Below are positions 25,712-35,866 of a DNA stretch of 64,000 nucleotides, piece after piece. The notes below the pieces were generated by a model. That model was not told the DNA's origin, ran no database searches, and saw nothing but the letters and a program-made list of their open reading frames with translations. Made by a program: the position numbers and the translations under genes. The stretch spans positions 95,056-159,055 of the forward strand of contig JACPUR010000035.1 in assembly GCA_016192135.1 (NCBI GenBank), read 5' to 3'. The stretch's first letter is position 1, and each line of letters starts with the position of its first letter. Source of the DNA: Candidatus Tectimicrobiota bacterium. GTDB taxonomy: Bacteria > UBA8248.

Positions 25712-27256
25712 ATGCGATTTTCCGTTGCGTCGGGCGACGGATGGTCCCAGGGCACCGACGCGATCATCCTTCCCATCGCCGAGAAGGCGAAGAACGACCG
25801 CCTCGACAAGGCGCTCGGCGGCGCGCTCTCCGCGCTGGCCCGGCGCGGCGTGTTCGAGGGCAAGGCCGGCCAGGTGCACGCCCTGCGGGTCCCCTCGCGC
25901 GGGGGCAGGCGCGGGCCCGAGGTGGCGGTGCTGGCCGGACTGGGGAAGGCCGGGGAGGCGACGCAGGAGACGGTCCGCCGCGCCCTGGGCTCGGCCGGCA
26001 GGCGCGCCCGGAGCGAGGGTGCCCGGAGCGTGGCCGTTTCCCTGGACGGCGCGGTGGGCGGAGGTCTGGGGGCGGAGGAGGCCGCCCGGGCGGCGGCGGA
26101 GGGGCTGGCGCTCGGCCTCTACCGGATGGAGCGCTTCAAGGGCGCGAAGAGCCGGGAGAAGCTCGCCAAGGAGCGCATGGAGCGGGCCGTCCTCTGCGGC
26201 GGAAGGGGCATCTCCCGGTCCGCCATGAGCCGGGGGATGCGGCTCGGGCAGATCCTGGCCGAGGGCACGGCCGTGGCGCGCGACCTGGTGAACACCCCGA
26301 GCAACGAGAAGCGCCCGCCCGACCTCGCCGCCGAGGTGCGGCGCATCGCGCGCAAGGCGGGGCTCAGGTGCACCGTCCTGGACGGCCGCCAGCTCGCCAG
26401 GCTCAAGATGGGGGCCCTCCTGGCCGTCGCGCGCGGGAGCTCCGCCCCGGCCCGCGTGTTCGTCCTGGAATACCGGCCCGGCCGGAGCTCGTCCAGGCCC
26501 ATCGCGTTCGTGGGGAAGGGCGTCACCTTCGACACGGGGGGCATCTCCATCAAGCCCAGCTCGGGCCTCGAGCTCATGACCACCGACATGAGCGGAGCGG
26601 CCGCCGTGGTGGGGGCCATGGTCTGCGTCGCGCGCCTCAAGCCCCGGGTGCCCGTCGTCGGAGTGGGGGCCCTGGTCGAGAACATGCTGGGCGCGGACGC
26701 CACCCGCCCCGGCGACATCGTGCGCGCCATGAGCGGCACCACCGTCGAGATCCACAACACCGACGCCGAGGGGAGGCTCGTCCTGGCCGACGCCCTCCAC
26801 TACACCAAGACGCGCTTTAAGCCCCAGTGCATGATCGACCTCGCCACCCTGACCGGGGCCTGCGTCGTGGCCCTGGGCGAAAAGCTCACGGGGCTCTACG
26901 CCACCCACGACGAGATGCGGGAGCGCATGATGCGGCTCGGGGAGGAGACGGGGGATAGGCTGTGGCACATGCCCCTCTACCCCGAGTTCGGCGACATGAT
27001 GAAGGGAAAGCTCGCCGATCTCTGCAACATCTCCGGAGGGCGCTACGGCGGGGCGAACACGGCGGCGGCCTTCCTCCAGCATTTCGCCGAGGGCACCCCC
27101 TGGGTCCACCTCGACATCGCGGGCCCGGCCCACACCTCGAAGGAGGAGCCCTACCGCCCCGCCGGGGGCACCGGGGTGGGGGTGCGGCTCCTGGCCGAGC
27201 TCGCCCGCACCTGGACCAGCCTCCCCAAGCAGAAGGGCAAGGCCTTCGGGACGTGA
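25712..27256 (+). CDS. pepA: leucyl aminopeptidase (M17)
   Basis: ATG 25712 after GGAGAG. (NTDAEGRL) M17 signature and C-terminal catalytic domain. The ORF-track upstream extension is rejected. Confidence 0.85.
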   Translation: MRFSVASGDGWSQGTDAIILPIAEKAKNDRLDKALGGALSALARRGVFEGKAGQVHALRVPSRGGRRGPEVAVLAGLGKAGEATQETVRRALGSAGRRARSEGARSVAVSLDGAVGGGLGAEEAARAAAEGLALGLYRMERFKGAKSREKLAKERMERAVLCGGRGISRSAMSRGMRLGQILAEGTAVARDLVNTPSNEKRPPDLAAEVRRIARKAGLRCTVLDGRQLARLKMGALLAVARGSSAPARVFVLEYRPGRSSSRPIAFVGKGVTFDTGGISIKPSSGLELMTTDMSGAAAVVGAMVCVARLKPRVPVVGVGALVENMLGADATRPGDIVRAMSGTTVEIHNTDAEGRLVLADALHYTKTRFKPQCMIDLATLTGACVVALGEKLTGLYATHDEMRERMMRLGEETGDRLWHMPLYPEFGDMMKGKLADLCNISGGRYGGANTAAAFLQHFAEGTPWVHLDIAGPAHTSKEEPYRPAGGTGVGVRLLAELARTWTSLPKQKGKAFGT

Positions 27257-27270
27257 GGGGGGAAAAATGT

Positions 27271-27340
27271 AGGGGCGACCGGCCGGTCGCCCCTACAGAC
27301 GTGAAGAGCCATTGATTTCCTGTAGGGGCGGTTCGTGAAC
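27271..27340. repeat. REP family 2 doublet (GTAGGGGCG...CGCCCCTAC x2)
   Basis: TAGGGGCGACCGGCCGGTCGCCCCTAC and GTAGGGGCGGTTCGTGAACCGCCCCTAC, between convergent genes. Confidence 0.55.
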
Positions 27341-27363
27341 CGCCCCTACTTCTTTCGCTTGCC

Positions 27364-27462
27364 CGATGCTTGTCATTCCGAACGAAGCGCGGGATCTACG
27401 TTTCACGCCACTCGCGAAGATTCCTTCGTCGCTGCGCTCCCTCGGAATGACATGGTGCCATT
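27364..27462. repeat. approx 100-nt palindromic MITE-like element
   Basis: Terminal inverted repeats GTCATTCCGAACGAAGCG ... CGCTCCCTCGGAATGAC. Confidence 0.4.
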
Positions 27463-27471
27463 GTTGAAAAA

Positions 27472-28383
27472 TTACCTCCCCTTGATCGTCCGCGCCCTTG
27501 CCAGCACCCTCTCGGCGTGCTTGGCCATGGCCACGTCCACCATCTTCCCCTTGTAGGTCACGGCGCCCAGGCCCGCCTTCGTGCCTTCCCCGAGGGCCTG
27601 CATCATCCCCTCGTAGTAGTCCACCTCGGCCGGGCTGGGGGAGAAGACCTCGTTGAAGATGGCGATCTGCTTGGGGTGGATGGCCGCCTTGCCGGTGTAG
27701 CCCAACTGCCTGGCGAGGGCGGCGTCGGCCCGGCAGCCCGCCTCGTCGTCGAGCCGCATGTAGACGCCGTCCGTGGGGTGGGGCATCCCCGCCGCGCGGG
27801 CGTCCGTCAGGGCCTTGCTGCGGGCGTAGAGGAGGGTGACGCCGTCCGGGGACCAGGTGGCGCCCAGGTCCCGGCAGAGGTCGGCGTCCTCGGCGCTGCC
27901 GAAGTTGATGCCCACCACGCGCGGGACGGCCGTGCACATCTCGTAGCAGTTGACCACTCCCTTGGCGCTCTCGATCTGGAGGATAATCCCGATGCCCCCC
28001 GCCTCGAGGCTCCGGTCCTTCTCCAACCGGGTGAGGATGGCGTCCGCCGTCCGGGCGTCGGCCGCGCTCTCGGGCTTGGGGAGGAAGATGGCGTCCAGGC
28101 CCGCGACGGCGACGGCCTCCAGGTCCTTCTCCAGCATTCCGGTTTCGACCGCGTTCACCCGCACCAGGGTGGTGAGGGGGGCGCCGGGGGCCTTCTTGAG
28201 CCCGGGGATGGCCTGGGCCACGAGCTCGCGGGCCTTCTGCTTCTGGGCCGGGGCGACCGAGTCCTCCAGGTCGTAGAGGGCCCCGTCGGCGCCCGAGGAG
28301 GGGGCCTTGGCGACCATCTTCTCGTTGCTGCCGGGGGTGAAGAGCATGGAGCGGAGCGGCGTGGTGACGAGGGGTCGTGCCAT
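27472..28383 (-). CDS. HpcH/HpaI-CitE family acyl-CoA lyase (citryl/malyl/citramalyl-CoA lyase-like)
   Basis: ATG 28383. (SMLFTPG ... LEDSVAP ... ILQIESAKG ... FGSAEDADLCRDLG) CitE motifs. Last gene of the E1alpha-E1beta-E2 operon. Confidence 0.75.
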   Translation of the reverse strand: MARPLVTTPLRSMLFTPGSNEKMVAKAPSSGADGALYDLEDSVAPAQKQKARELVAQAIPGLKKAPGAPLTTLVRVNAVETGMLEKDLEAVAVAGLDAIFLPKPESAADARTADAILTRLEKDRSLEAGGIGIILQIESAKGVVNCYEMCTAVPRVVGINFGSAEDADLCRDLGATWSPDGVTLLYARSKALTDARAAGMPHPTDGVYMRLDDEAGCRADAALARQLGYTGKAAIHPKQIAIFNEVFSPSPAEVDYYEGMMQALGEGTKAGLGAVTYKGKMVDVAMAKHAERVLARARTIKGR

Positions 28384-28388
28384 GAGGA

Positions 28389-29741
28389 TTAAGACTCCAA
28401 ATGAGAGAGATCCATCCCTTCGAGCGCGCTGCGGACGGCGGCGGCGAAGCGGCCCGCCGCCATGCCGTCGTTCGCCCGGTGGTCGAACGACAACGAGAGC
28501 GTCATCAGGGGAAGGAGGCCGATCCCTCCGCCGGGCAGGGCCGCCGCGCGCGGCGCGATCAGGCCCGTCCCGATGATGGCCGCCTCGGGCGGGTTGAGGA
28601 GGGGGATGCCCCCCCGGGCCCCCGAGGCGCCGAAGTTGGTGAGGGTGAGAGTGCCGCCCCCCATGTCGTCGGGGGTGAGCCCCCCCGAGCGGGCGCGGGC
28701 GCCCAGGCCGTCGACCGCCCGGACGAGGTCCACGAAGCCCATCCGGTCGATCTCCCGCAGGACGGGTACCACGAGCCCCTCGGGCGTGTCCACGGCGATC
28801 CCGAGGTTGACGTAGCGCGCCACGTGCAGCTCGTCCCCCTCGAAGCGGGCGTTCAGCCGCGCGTGGGCGGGGTCGCGCAGGGCGTGGACGATGGCCAGGG
28901 CGAGGAAGGGCGTGTAGCTGAGCGAGGCCCCGTGCCCCTCCCGGAAGCGCTCCTTGTGGGCCTCGCGCCAGGCGGCGATGCGGCTCATGTCCACGTCCAT
29001 CCACAGGCTCGCCTGGGGGATAGCCGCCGAGCGCGAGAGGTTCTCGGCGATGCGCCGGCGGAGGCGGGTCAGGGGCTCCCGCCGCTCACGGGGCTTCCCT
29101 TCCTCCGCCAGGGGGCGGAAGAGGAGCCTCACCGAGGGCGCGGCGGAGCCCCCCGCCTCGATGAAGCGCTCCACGTCCCGCGCCGTCACCCGGCCCCCCG
29201 CCCCCGTGCCGGGGAGGCCGAGGATCGTCCCCAGCGGGATGCCGTGCTCCGCCGCGAGGCGCTGCACGCGGGGGGAGAGCCATTTTCCTTGGCTATCGGG
29301 CGCCGCTTGCCGCGCTTGGGGAGCGGCGGGCCTCGACGGGGCGGGGGACACGGCGGGGGCTTGGCGCGGCGGGAGCGGGGCCACGGGGGCCACCCAGTCC
29401 CCCTCCGGCTGCTTGGGGGGGCCGGAGGCTTTCGGTGCGGCGCCTCCGGCCGGGGCCTTCGGCGCGGGGGAGGTCTCGGGAGGCGCGTCGGGGATCTCTT
29501 CTTCCGTTTCCAGCAGGGCGAGCACCTCGCCCACCGGGACGGTGGCGTCCGGAGCGACCAGGACCTCCTTCAGCACCCCGTCCGCCGGGCTCTCGACCTC
29601 GAACTCCACCTTATCGCTCTCGGCGGAGAGGAGAGGCTCTCCCTTCGCCACGCGATCTCCCGCCGCCTTCTTCCACTCGACCACGGTGCTCTCGTGAACG
29701 CTCGTGCCCATGCGCGGCATGCGGATGCGGGCGATGGGCAT
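28389..29741 (-). CDS. 2-oxoacid dehydrogenase E2 component (dihydrolipoamide acyltransferase)
   Basis: Lipoyl domain (SAESDKVEFEVESPADGVL), PSBD, catalytic domain (SFDHRANDG). ATG 29741 after AGGTGGAG. Confidence 0.8.
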   Translation of the reverse strand: MPIARIRMPRMGTSVHESTVVEWKKAAGDRVAKGEPLLSAESDKVEFEVESPADGVLKEVLVAPDATVPVGEVLALLETEEEIPDAPPETSPAPKAPAGGAAPKASGPPKQPEGDWVAPVAPLPPRQAPAVSPAPSRPAAPQARQAAPDSQGKWLSPRVQRLAAEHGIPLGTILGLPGTGAGGRVTARDVERFIEAGGSAAPSVRLLFRPLAEEGKPRERREPLTRLRRRIAENLSRSAAIPQASLWMDVDMSRIAAWREAHKERFREGHGASLSYTPFLALAIVHALRDPAHARLNARFEGDELHVARYVNLGIAVDTPEGLVVPVLREIDRMGFVDLVRAVDGLGARARSGGLTPDDMGGGTLTLTNFGASGARGGIPLLNPPEAAIIGTGLIAPRAAALPGGGIGLLPLMTLSLSFDHRANDGMAAGRFAAAVRSALEGMDLSHLES

Positions 29742-29841
29742 GGGGGGCTCCACCTTTTCGCAAATCGGGCGATAGGGCCGAGGGAGACTGCCTCCGGCGC
29801 GCCGGGGCGCCTTACTCGCAGGGGTGCATCCGCCGATTTCC

Positions 29842-29870
29842 CGCAGGGGCGGTTCGCGAACCGCCCCTCC
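29842..29870. repeat. REP family 2 unit inside the E1beta-E2 intercistronic region
   Basis: GCAGGGGCGGTTCGCGAACCGCCCCTCC. Confidence 0.5.
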
Positions 29871-29926
29871 GAAAAGCGCCTCGCGCCTCGCGTGCGCCCG
29901 TTTGCCCGCCGCCCGGCCATGCGCCG

Positions 29927-30925
29927 CTAGAACGCGGCCAGTTCCCGGAGCGCCCCGACGACCTGGGCGGTGCCGGGGAGATACGCCTTCTCGAGCGGCG
30001 GGCTGAGGGGCACGGGGCAGTCCGGCGCGCCGACGCGGCGGATGGGGGCGTCCAGGTGCTCGAACACCTCCTCCGCGATGAGCGCGGCGATCTCTCCGCC
30101 GACCCCGCCCCTCTTGCGGGCCTCGTGGAGGATGAGGAGCTTGCCCGTCTTCTTCACGCTCCGGAGGATGGCCTCCTTGTCCATGGGGACGAGGGTGCGA
30201 AGGTCGATGACCTCGGCCGAGACGCCCTCCCTCTCCAGCACCTGGGCGGCCTCGAGGGCCTCGAGGACGCTGGTCCCGAAGGTGAGGAGGGTCAGATCTT
30301 CGCCCTCGCGCAGGGTGCGCGCCTGGCCGAAGGGCACGGTGTAGTCGCCCTCCGGAACGTCGATCTGGAGCTGGGGAGGGAGATCCGCCGGCCGGTAGTT
30401 GTAGAACTTCTTGTACTCCATGAAGATGACGGGATTGTCGTCCCGGATGGCCTGCTTGAGCATCCCCTTGGCGTCGTAGGCGGTGGCCGGGGCGACTATC
30501 TTCAAGCCGGGCGTGCCGAAGAACCAGCTCTCGGGATTCACGCTGTGGTAAGGGCCCCCGCTCACGAGAGCCGCCGAGGGGAGGCGCAGGACGATGGGGA
30601 CGGGGCCCATCCGCCGGTAGTGGTTCCCGGCGGCGAAGTCCACGATCATCTTGAAGGCCTCGGTCACGAAGTCCGCGAACTGGTACTCCACCACGGGCCG
30701 CATCCCCGCCAGGGCGGCGCCGATGGCGGCGCCGGTGAAGCCGGCCTCGCTCAAGGGGGCGTCCACCACCCGGTCGCGCCCGAAGTGCTGCTGGAATCCC
30801 TTGGTGATGTAGAAGGCGCCCCCGCCCAGGCCGATGTCCTCCCCGACGAGGAATACCCGCTCGTCGCGCTCCATCTCCTCCCAGAGCGCGGCGCTCAAGG
30901 CCTCCCGGTAGGTGATGAGGCTCAT
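29927..30925 (-). CDS. 2-oxoacid dehydrogenase E1 component beta subunit
   Basis: ATG 30925 overlapping the alpha-subunit stop (ATGA). Transketolase-like pyrimidine-binding and C-terminal domains. Confidence 0.85.
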   Translation of the reverse strand: MSLITYREALSAALWEEMERDERVFLVGEDIGLGGGAFYITKGFQQHFGRDRVVDAPLSEAGFTGAAIGAALAGMRPVVEYQFADFVTEAFKMIVDFAAGNHYRRMGPVPIVLRLPSAALVSGGPYHSVNPESWFFGTPGLKIVAPATAYDAKGMLKQAIRDDNPVIFMEYKKFYNYRPADLPPQLQIDVPEGDYTVPFGQARTLREGEDLTLLTFGTSVLEALEAAQVLEREGVSAEVIDLRTLVPMDKEAILRSVKKTGKLLILHEARKRGGVGGEIAALIAEEVFEHLDAPIRRVGAPDCPVPLSPPLEKAYLPGTAQVVGALRELAAF

Positions 30926-32085
30926 TCGGCGAACACTCCCTCCGCCACCTTGGCGGGATCGGGGAAGGGGAGCTTGAGGGCGGTGTCCCGTGCCTCCTCC
31001 GCCTCCCGGCGGGCCCGGGCGTGGGAGGCGGCGATCTCCTCGGGCGTCAGCACCTCGTACTCGATCAGGTACTGGTCGAAGCGCTTGATCGGGTCGCGCT
31101 TCTCCTGCCAGAGCTTGAACTTCTCCATGTCCACGTAGTCGGTGAAGCGGTCGTAGACCGAGTGCCCGCCCAGCCGCATGGTGACGCTCTCGATGAGGGT
31201 GGGGCCCCCGCCCCGGCGGGCGCGCTCGAGGGCCCGGGAGACGACCTCGCGGACCAGGAGCACGTCCGTGCCGTCGATGAGGAAGCCGGGCACCCCGTAG
31301 CCGGACGCCCGGAGGGCCAGGGCGGGGCAGGCGTACTGGTCCGAGAGGGGGGTCTTGTAGGCGTACTGGTTGTTGTCGATCACGACGGCGAGGGGGAACT
31401 TCCGCACCGCCGCGAAGTTCATGGCCTCGTGGAAGTCCCCCGAGCTGGTGCCGCCGTCCCCGATGTAGGTGAGGACGGCCTGCCCATTCCGCTGGAGCTT
31501 GGCCGCCCAGGCGATGCCCGCCGCGATGGGGACCATGGTGCCGATGTGGCTGATGAGCTGGGTGATCTTCTTGGGCCGGTAGCCCATGTGGAAGTTGCCG
31601 TCGCGGCCTTCGGAGGGCCCGCCGGCCCGGCCGAAGAAATGGGCCATGATGCTGACGGGGGGGTGGCCCTTGGCGAGGTGGGCCCCGCAGTTGCGGTGCA
31701 TCGGGACGAGCCATTCCTCCTCCCGCAGGCAGGAGGCGCTCCCCACGCCGGCCGCCTCGTTGCCCCGGCTGAAGAAGGCGGTGCCCGGGACGTGCCCGGA
31801 GCGGAAGGCGGAGTCGAGCGTCTCCTCGACGGCGCGGGTCAGGGAGAGGAGGTGGTGGAGGCGGAGGGCGTCCGGTTTCCCGGGCCTCAGGTCCTCGCGC
31901 TGGATGGGGACCCAGCGCGCCTCCAGGCCCTCGATGGAGAGGTAGCGGTCCGCGAGGTCGCGAAAGAAGTCCAGCCCGGCGAGCTCCTCGCTCCGGACCG
32001 GCTCGCTCGCGGCGTTCTGGATTTTGGCCCGCATGGCGCCATCCCTATGTGCGTGGCTGCGAGCTGCGGTAGGACTTCCCCCCAT
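30922..32085 (-). CDS. 2-oxoacid dehydrogenase E1 component alpha subunit (TPP-dependent)
   Basis: TPP motif (GDGGTSSGDFHEAMNFAA). Start uncertain (ATG 32085 or 32034). Confidence 0.8.
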   Translation of the reverse strand: MGGSPTAARSHAHRDGAMRAKIQNAASEPVRSEELAGLDFFRDLADRYLSIEGLEARWVPIQREDLRPGKPDALRLHHLLSLTRAVEETLDSAFRSGHVPGTAFFSRGNEAAGVGSASCLREEEWLVPMHRNCGAHLAKGHPPVSIMAHFFGRAGGPSEGRDGNFHMGYRPKKITQLISHIGTMVPIAAGIAWAAKLQRNGQAVLTYIGDGGTSSGDFHEAMNFAAVRKFPLAVVIDNNQYAYKTPLSDQYACPALALRASGYGVPGFLIDGTDVLLVREVVSRALERARRGGGPTLIESVTMRLGGHSVYDRFTDYVDMEKFKLWQEKRDPIKRFDQYLIEYEVLTPEEIAASHARARREAEEARDTALKLPFPDPAKVAEGVFAE

Positions 32086-32239
32086 TCATATACCAGAAAA
32101 AAGAAGATGGCGGGAAGGAAGGCCAATACCGGAGCGTCCTACCCAGGCTTTTCTCCCCGGCCCGTCTAGGGTAGAGTCGCCCCCGGACGCCCGCACGTGA
32201 ATTGCGCACCCCCCCCTCGGGGGCCATCGGGAAGGAACG

Positions 32240-33151
<912 letters not shown>

Positions 33152-33160
33152 GGGACGGAG

Positions 33161-33724
33161 GTGCGCATCATCGGCGGCCGCGCCCGGGGCCGCCGCCTCG
33201 CCTCCCCCCGGGGGGAGACGGTCCGGCCCACCGGGGATCGAGTCCGTGAGGCCCTCTTCAACATCTGGGGCCAGAACCTCGAGGGGGTCCGGCTCCTCGA
33301 CGTCTGCGCCGGGAGCGGGGCCATCTCCTTGGAGGCCTTGAGCCGAGGCGCCGCCGAGGCGGTGGCGCTCGAGGTCGACCCGGGCCTCTGCCGGCGCCTA
33401 GAGGAGGAGGCCGGGCGCCTGGGCCTCTCGGCGGGTCTCAAGGTCGTCCGCGGCGACGCGAGGCGGGAGTTGGCCCGCCTCCGGCAATCGGGGGCGCCGC
33501 CGTTCGACCTGGCGTTCGTCGACCCGCCGTGGCGGGAAACCGCCCTGCGGCGCGAACTGGCGGACCTTCTCTTCGAGCCGTCCGCGCTCTGCCGGGAGGC
33601 GGCGGTCGAGGTCCCGAGGGGGGAGGAATTTATGGCTCCCGCGGGCGCGGAGCTCATCCGGCAATCGAGGTATGGGGACACGCGGCTCTGTTTTTTGAGG
33701 GTGAGGGAAGGGCGGGGGGCCTGA
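33161..33724 (+). CDS. rsmD: 16S rRNA (guanine966-N2)-methyltransferase RsmD
   Basis: (LDVCAGSGAISLEALSRGA ... FVDPPW) motifs. Confidence 0.75.
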   Translation: MRIIGGRARGRRLASPRGETVRPTGDRVREALFNIWGQNLEGVRLLDVCAGSGAISLEALSRGAAEAVALEVDPGLCRRLEEEAGRLGLSAGLKVVRGDARRELARLRQSGAPPFDLAFVDPPWRETALRRELADLLFEPSALCREAAVEVPRGEEFMAPAGAELIRQSRYGDTRLCFLRVREGRGA

Positions 33725-34008
33725 CGAATTTTCTCTCTCGCCTCCGAATGTTACATACTTTCCACCGAACTTGTGAAAAATCAGGGGGGAAGACGAAAGC
33801 TCAAGGCGCGGATAGGCGAAAATTTTTCGCAACTCATTGATTTTAAGAGGAAAATATGTTTTGCCCCGGATTAAGGCAGGATAACTTAAGTGGCGTATTT
33901 TGGGGATGTTAGCGGGGCCAGCCACAGAGTTATCCACATCTTGTCCACTATTTCTGTGGGGAAGATACCTGACCTGGATACCCGGGGATTTTCCGGAGGA
34001 AAGGAAGG

Positions 34009-34770
34009 TTGCTCCAGCGCTTTGATTTGACAGGCAGGACCGCTCTCGTCACCGGAGGAGGAACCGGCCTGGGCCGGGCAATGGCCCGCGCCCTGGCGGA
34101 GGCAGGGGCCGACGTGGCGGTCGCCGCCCGGCGGCGGGAGAAACTGGAGGAGGCGGCGGCCGAGATCCGCTCCCTGGGGCGGCGCGCCGCCGCGATCGAG
34201 CTGGACGTGACCGATTCCGCGTCGGCCGCCCGGGCCGTCGCCGAGGCCGAGGCCGCTCTCGGACCCCTGAACGTTCTAGTGAACAACAGCGGCATCAGCG
34301 GGGAGGGCTGGGCGGCGGAGCTCCCGCTCGAGCGCTGGGAGCAGGTGATGGCCACCAACCTCCGCGGCGCCTTCCTGATGTGTCAGGCGGCGGGGCGGGG
34401 GATGATCGAGCGCAAGGGCGGCGCGATTATCAATGTCGCCTCGGTCGCCGGCATGGTGGGCATCCGGATGCTCGCGGCATACTCGGCGAGCAAGGGGGGC
34501 CTCATCCAGCTCACCCGCACCCTCGCACTCGAATGGGCCCGCTACGGGGTGCGGGTGAACGCTCTCGCGCCGGGCTATTTCCTGACGGACCTCAACCGCG
34601 GGCTCTTCACCTCCGAGGCGGGCGAGCGGATGATCCGAAATCACATCCCGATGGGCCGGGTGGGCCAGCCGTCCGAGCTGGCGGGGGCCGTCGTGTTCCT
34701 CGCGAGCGAGGCATCGAGCTTCGTGACGGGGGCCGTCCTTACGGTGGACGGGGGCCAGAGCGCCCAATAG
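34009..34770 (+). CDS. SDR-family oxidoreductase (FabG-like)
   Basis: (TGGGTGLGRA) Rossmann. (YSASKGG) catalytic YxxxK. TTG start after AGGAAGG. Confidence 0.8.
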   Translation: MLQRFDLTGRTALVTGGGTGLGRAMARALAEAGADVAVAARRREKLEEAAAEIRSLGRRAAAIELDVTDSASAARAVAEAEAALGPLNVLVNNSGISGEGWAAELPLERWEQVMATNLRGAFLMCQAAGRGMIERKGGAIINVASVAGMVGIRMLAAYSASKGGLIQLTRTLALEWARYGVRVNALAPGYFLTDLNRGLFTSEAGERMIRNHIPMGRVGQPSELAGAVVFLASEASSFVTGAVLTVDGGQSAQ

Positions 34771-34833
34771 GGTTTTTTGAGTGATTTTGGGCGGTGAATT
34801 CGGGCGCCCCGTCCAGAAGCGCCGCCACTGGGC

Positions 34834-35856
34834 CTACGGGAGGAGGGGCGCCCGGCCGAAGACGCGGTTCGCGGCGAGGTCGGCGAGCGCGCCCTCGGCC
34901 TCGGCCAGGGGGTAGGTCGCCGAGATGATCGGCTTCACCCAGCCTTCCCCCACCCACCGGGCCGCCTCGGCCAGTTCCGCCCGGTTCACATAGCGCGAGC
35001 CCGTCACGACAATCTCATCCGAGACGAAGCGGGTCGGGTCGCTCGCGAAGACCGCGCCAGGCTGGAAGCCCACCACGACGAGCGTCCCCGCCGCGGCGAG
35101 GGAGGCGAAACTCTTGGAGAGGGTCTCCTCCGTCCCCACGAACTCCAGCACGGCTTCGGCCCCTTTGCCCTTCGTGATCTCGGCCACCGCCGCGGCGAAA
35201 TCCTCCCGGCGGCTGTTCACGGCGTGGTCCGCGCCGAGGGCCCTCGCCCGGGCGAGGCGGCCATCGTCGATGTCCACGGCGACCACCCGCGCGCCGAAGC
35301 GCTTGCCGATCTGCACGGCGTGGATGCCCACCCCCCCGCACGCCCCGACGATCACCAGATCATCCCCGGGACGGACCCCCGCGCGGGTCTTGATGGCCTT
35401 GAGGGGAGTCGCCACCGGGCTCACGATGACGGTGGCCTCGGCGTACCCCACCCCATCGGGAATACGGCAGAGGTTGCGCGCCGGGGAGCGGACGTATTCG
35501 GCGTAGCCCCCGTCGGCGTGGACCCCGAGGTAGCCCCGGAAGTTCCGGCAGAGCGTGTCCCGCCCCACTTGGCAGAACCGGCAGGAGCCGCAGGTCAGAT
35601 AGGCGTGGAGGACGGCGCGGTCCCCCTCCCGCCAGCCCTCGACGCCCACGCCCAGGGCCGCGACCTCCCCCGCGATCTCGTGGCCCATCACGAGGGGGAG
35701 CTTTCCCGCCGCGCGCCCGGCTCGGATGGTCACGTCGAACTGATCCGGGGCGCAGGCGTGCACACGCAGCACCACCTCCCCCGGACCGGGGACGGGATCG
35801 GGCACTGTTTCAAGGGAGAGCCCGCCGCCCCATTCCCGGAGGACCATCGCGCGCAC
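34834..35856 (-). CDS. zinc-dependent alcohol dehydrogenase family protein
   Basis: (GHEIAGEV) and (CGSCRFC) zinc sites. (GACGGVG) NAD site. Confidence 0.8.
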   Translation of the reverse strand: MRAMVLREWGGGLSLETVPDPVPGPGEVVLRVHACAPDQFDVTIRAGRAAGKLPLVMGHEIAGEVAALGVGVEGWREGDRAVLHAYLTCGSCRFCQVGRDTLCRNFRGYLGVHADGGYAEYVRSPARNLCRIPDGVGYAEATVIVSPVATPLKAIKTRAGVRPGDDLVIVGACGGVGIHAVQIGKRFGARVVAVDIDDGRLARARALGADHAVNSRREDFAAAVAEITKGKGAEAVLEFVGTEETLSKSFASLAAAGTLVVVGFQPGAVFASDPTRFVSDEIVVTGSRYVNRAELAEAARWVGEGWVKPIISATYPLAEAEGALADLAANRVFGRAPLLP

Positions 35857-35866
35857 GTTTGGTTCC

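Noticed and set aside
33929-33937. DnaA box as evidence of oriC
   Set aside because: Only one perfect box plus one degenerate box. No dnaA/dnaN/gyrB or DUE nearby. Treated only as a possible regulatory site.
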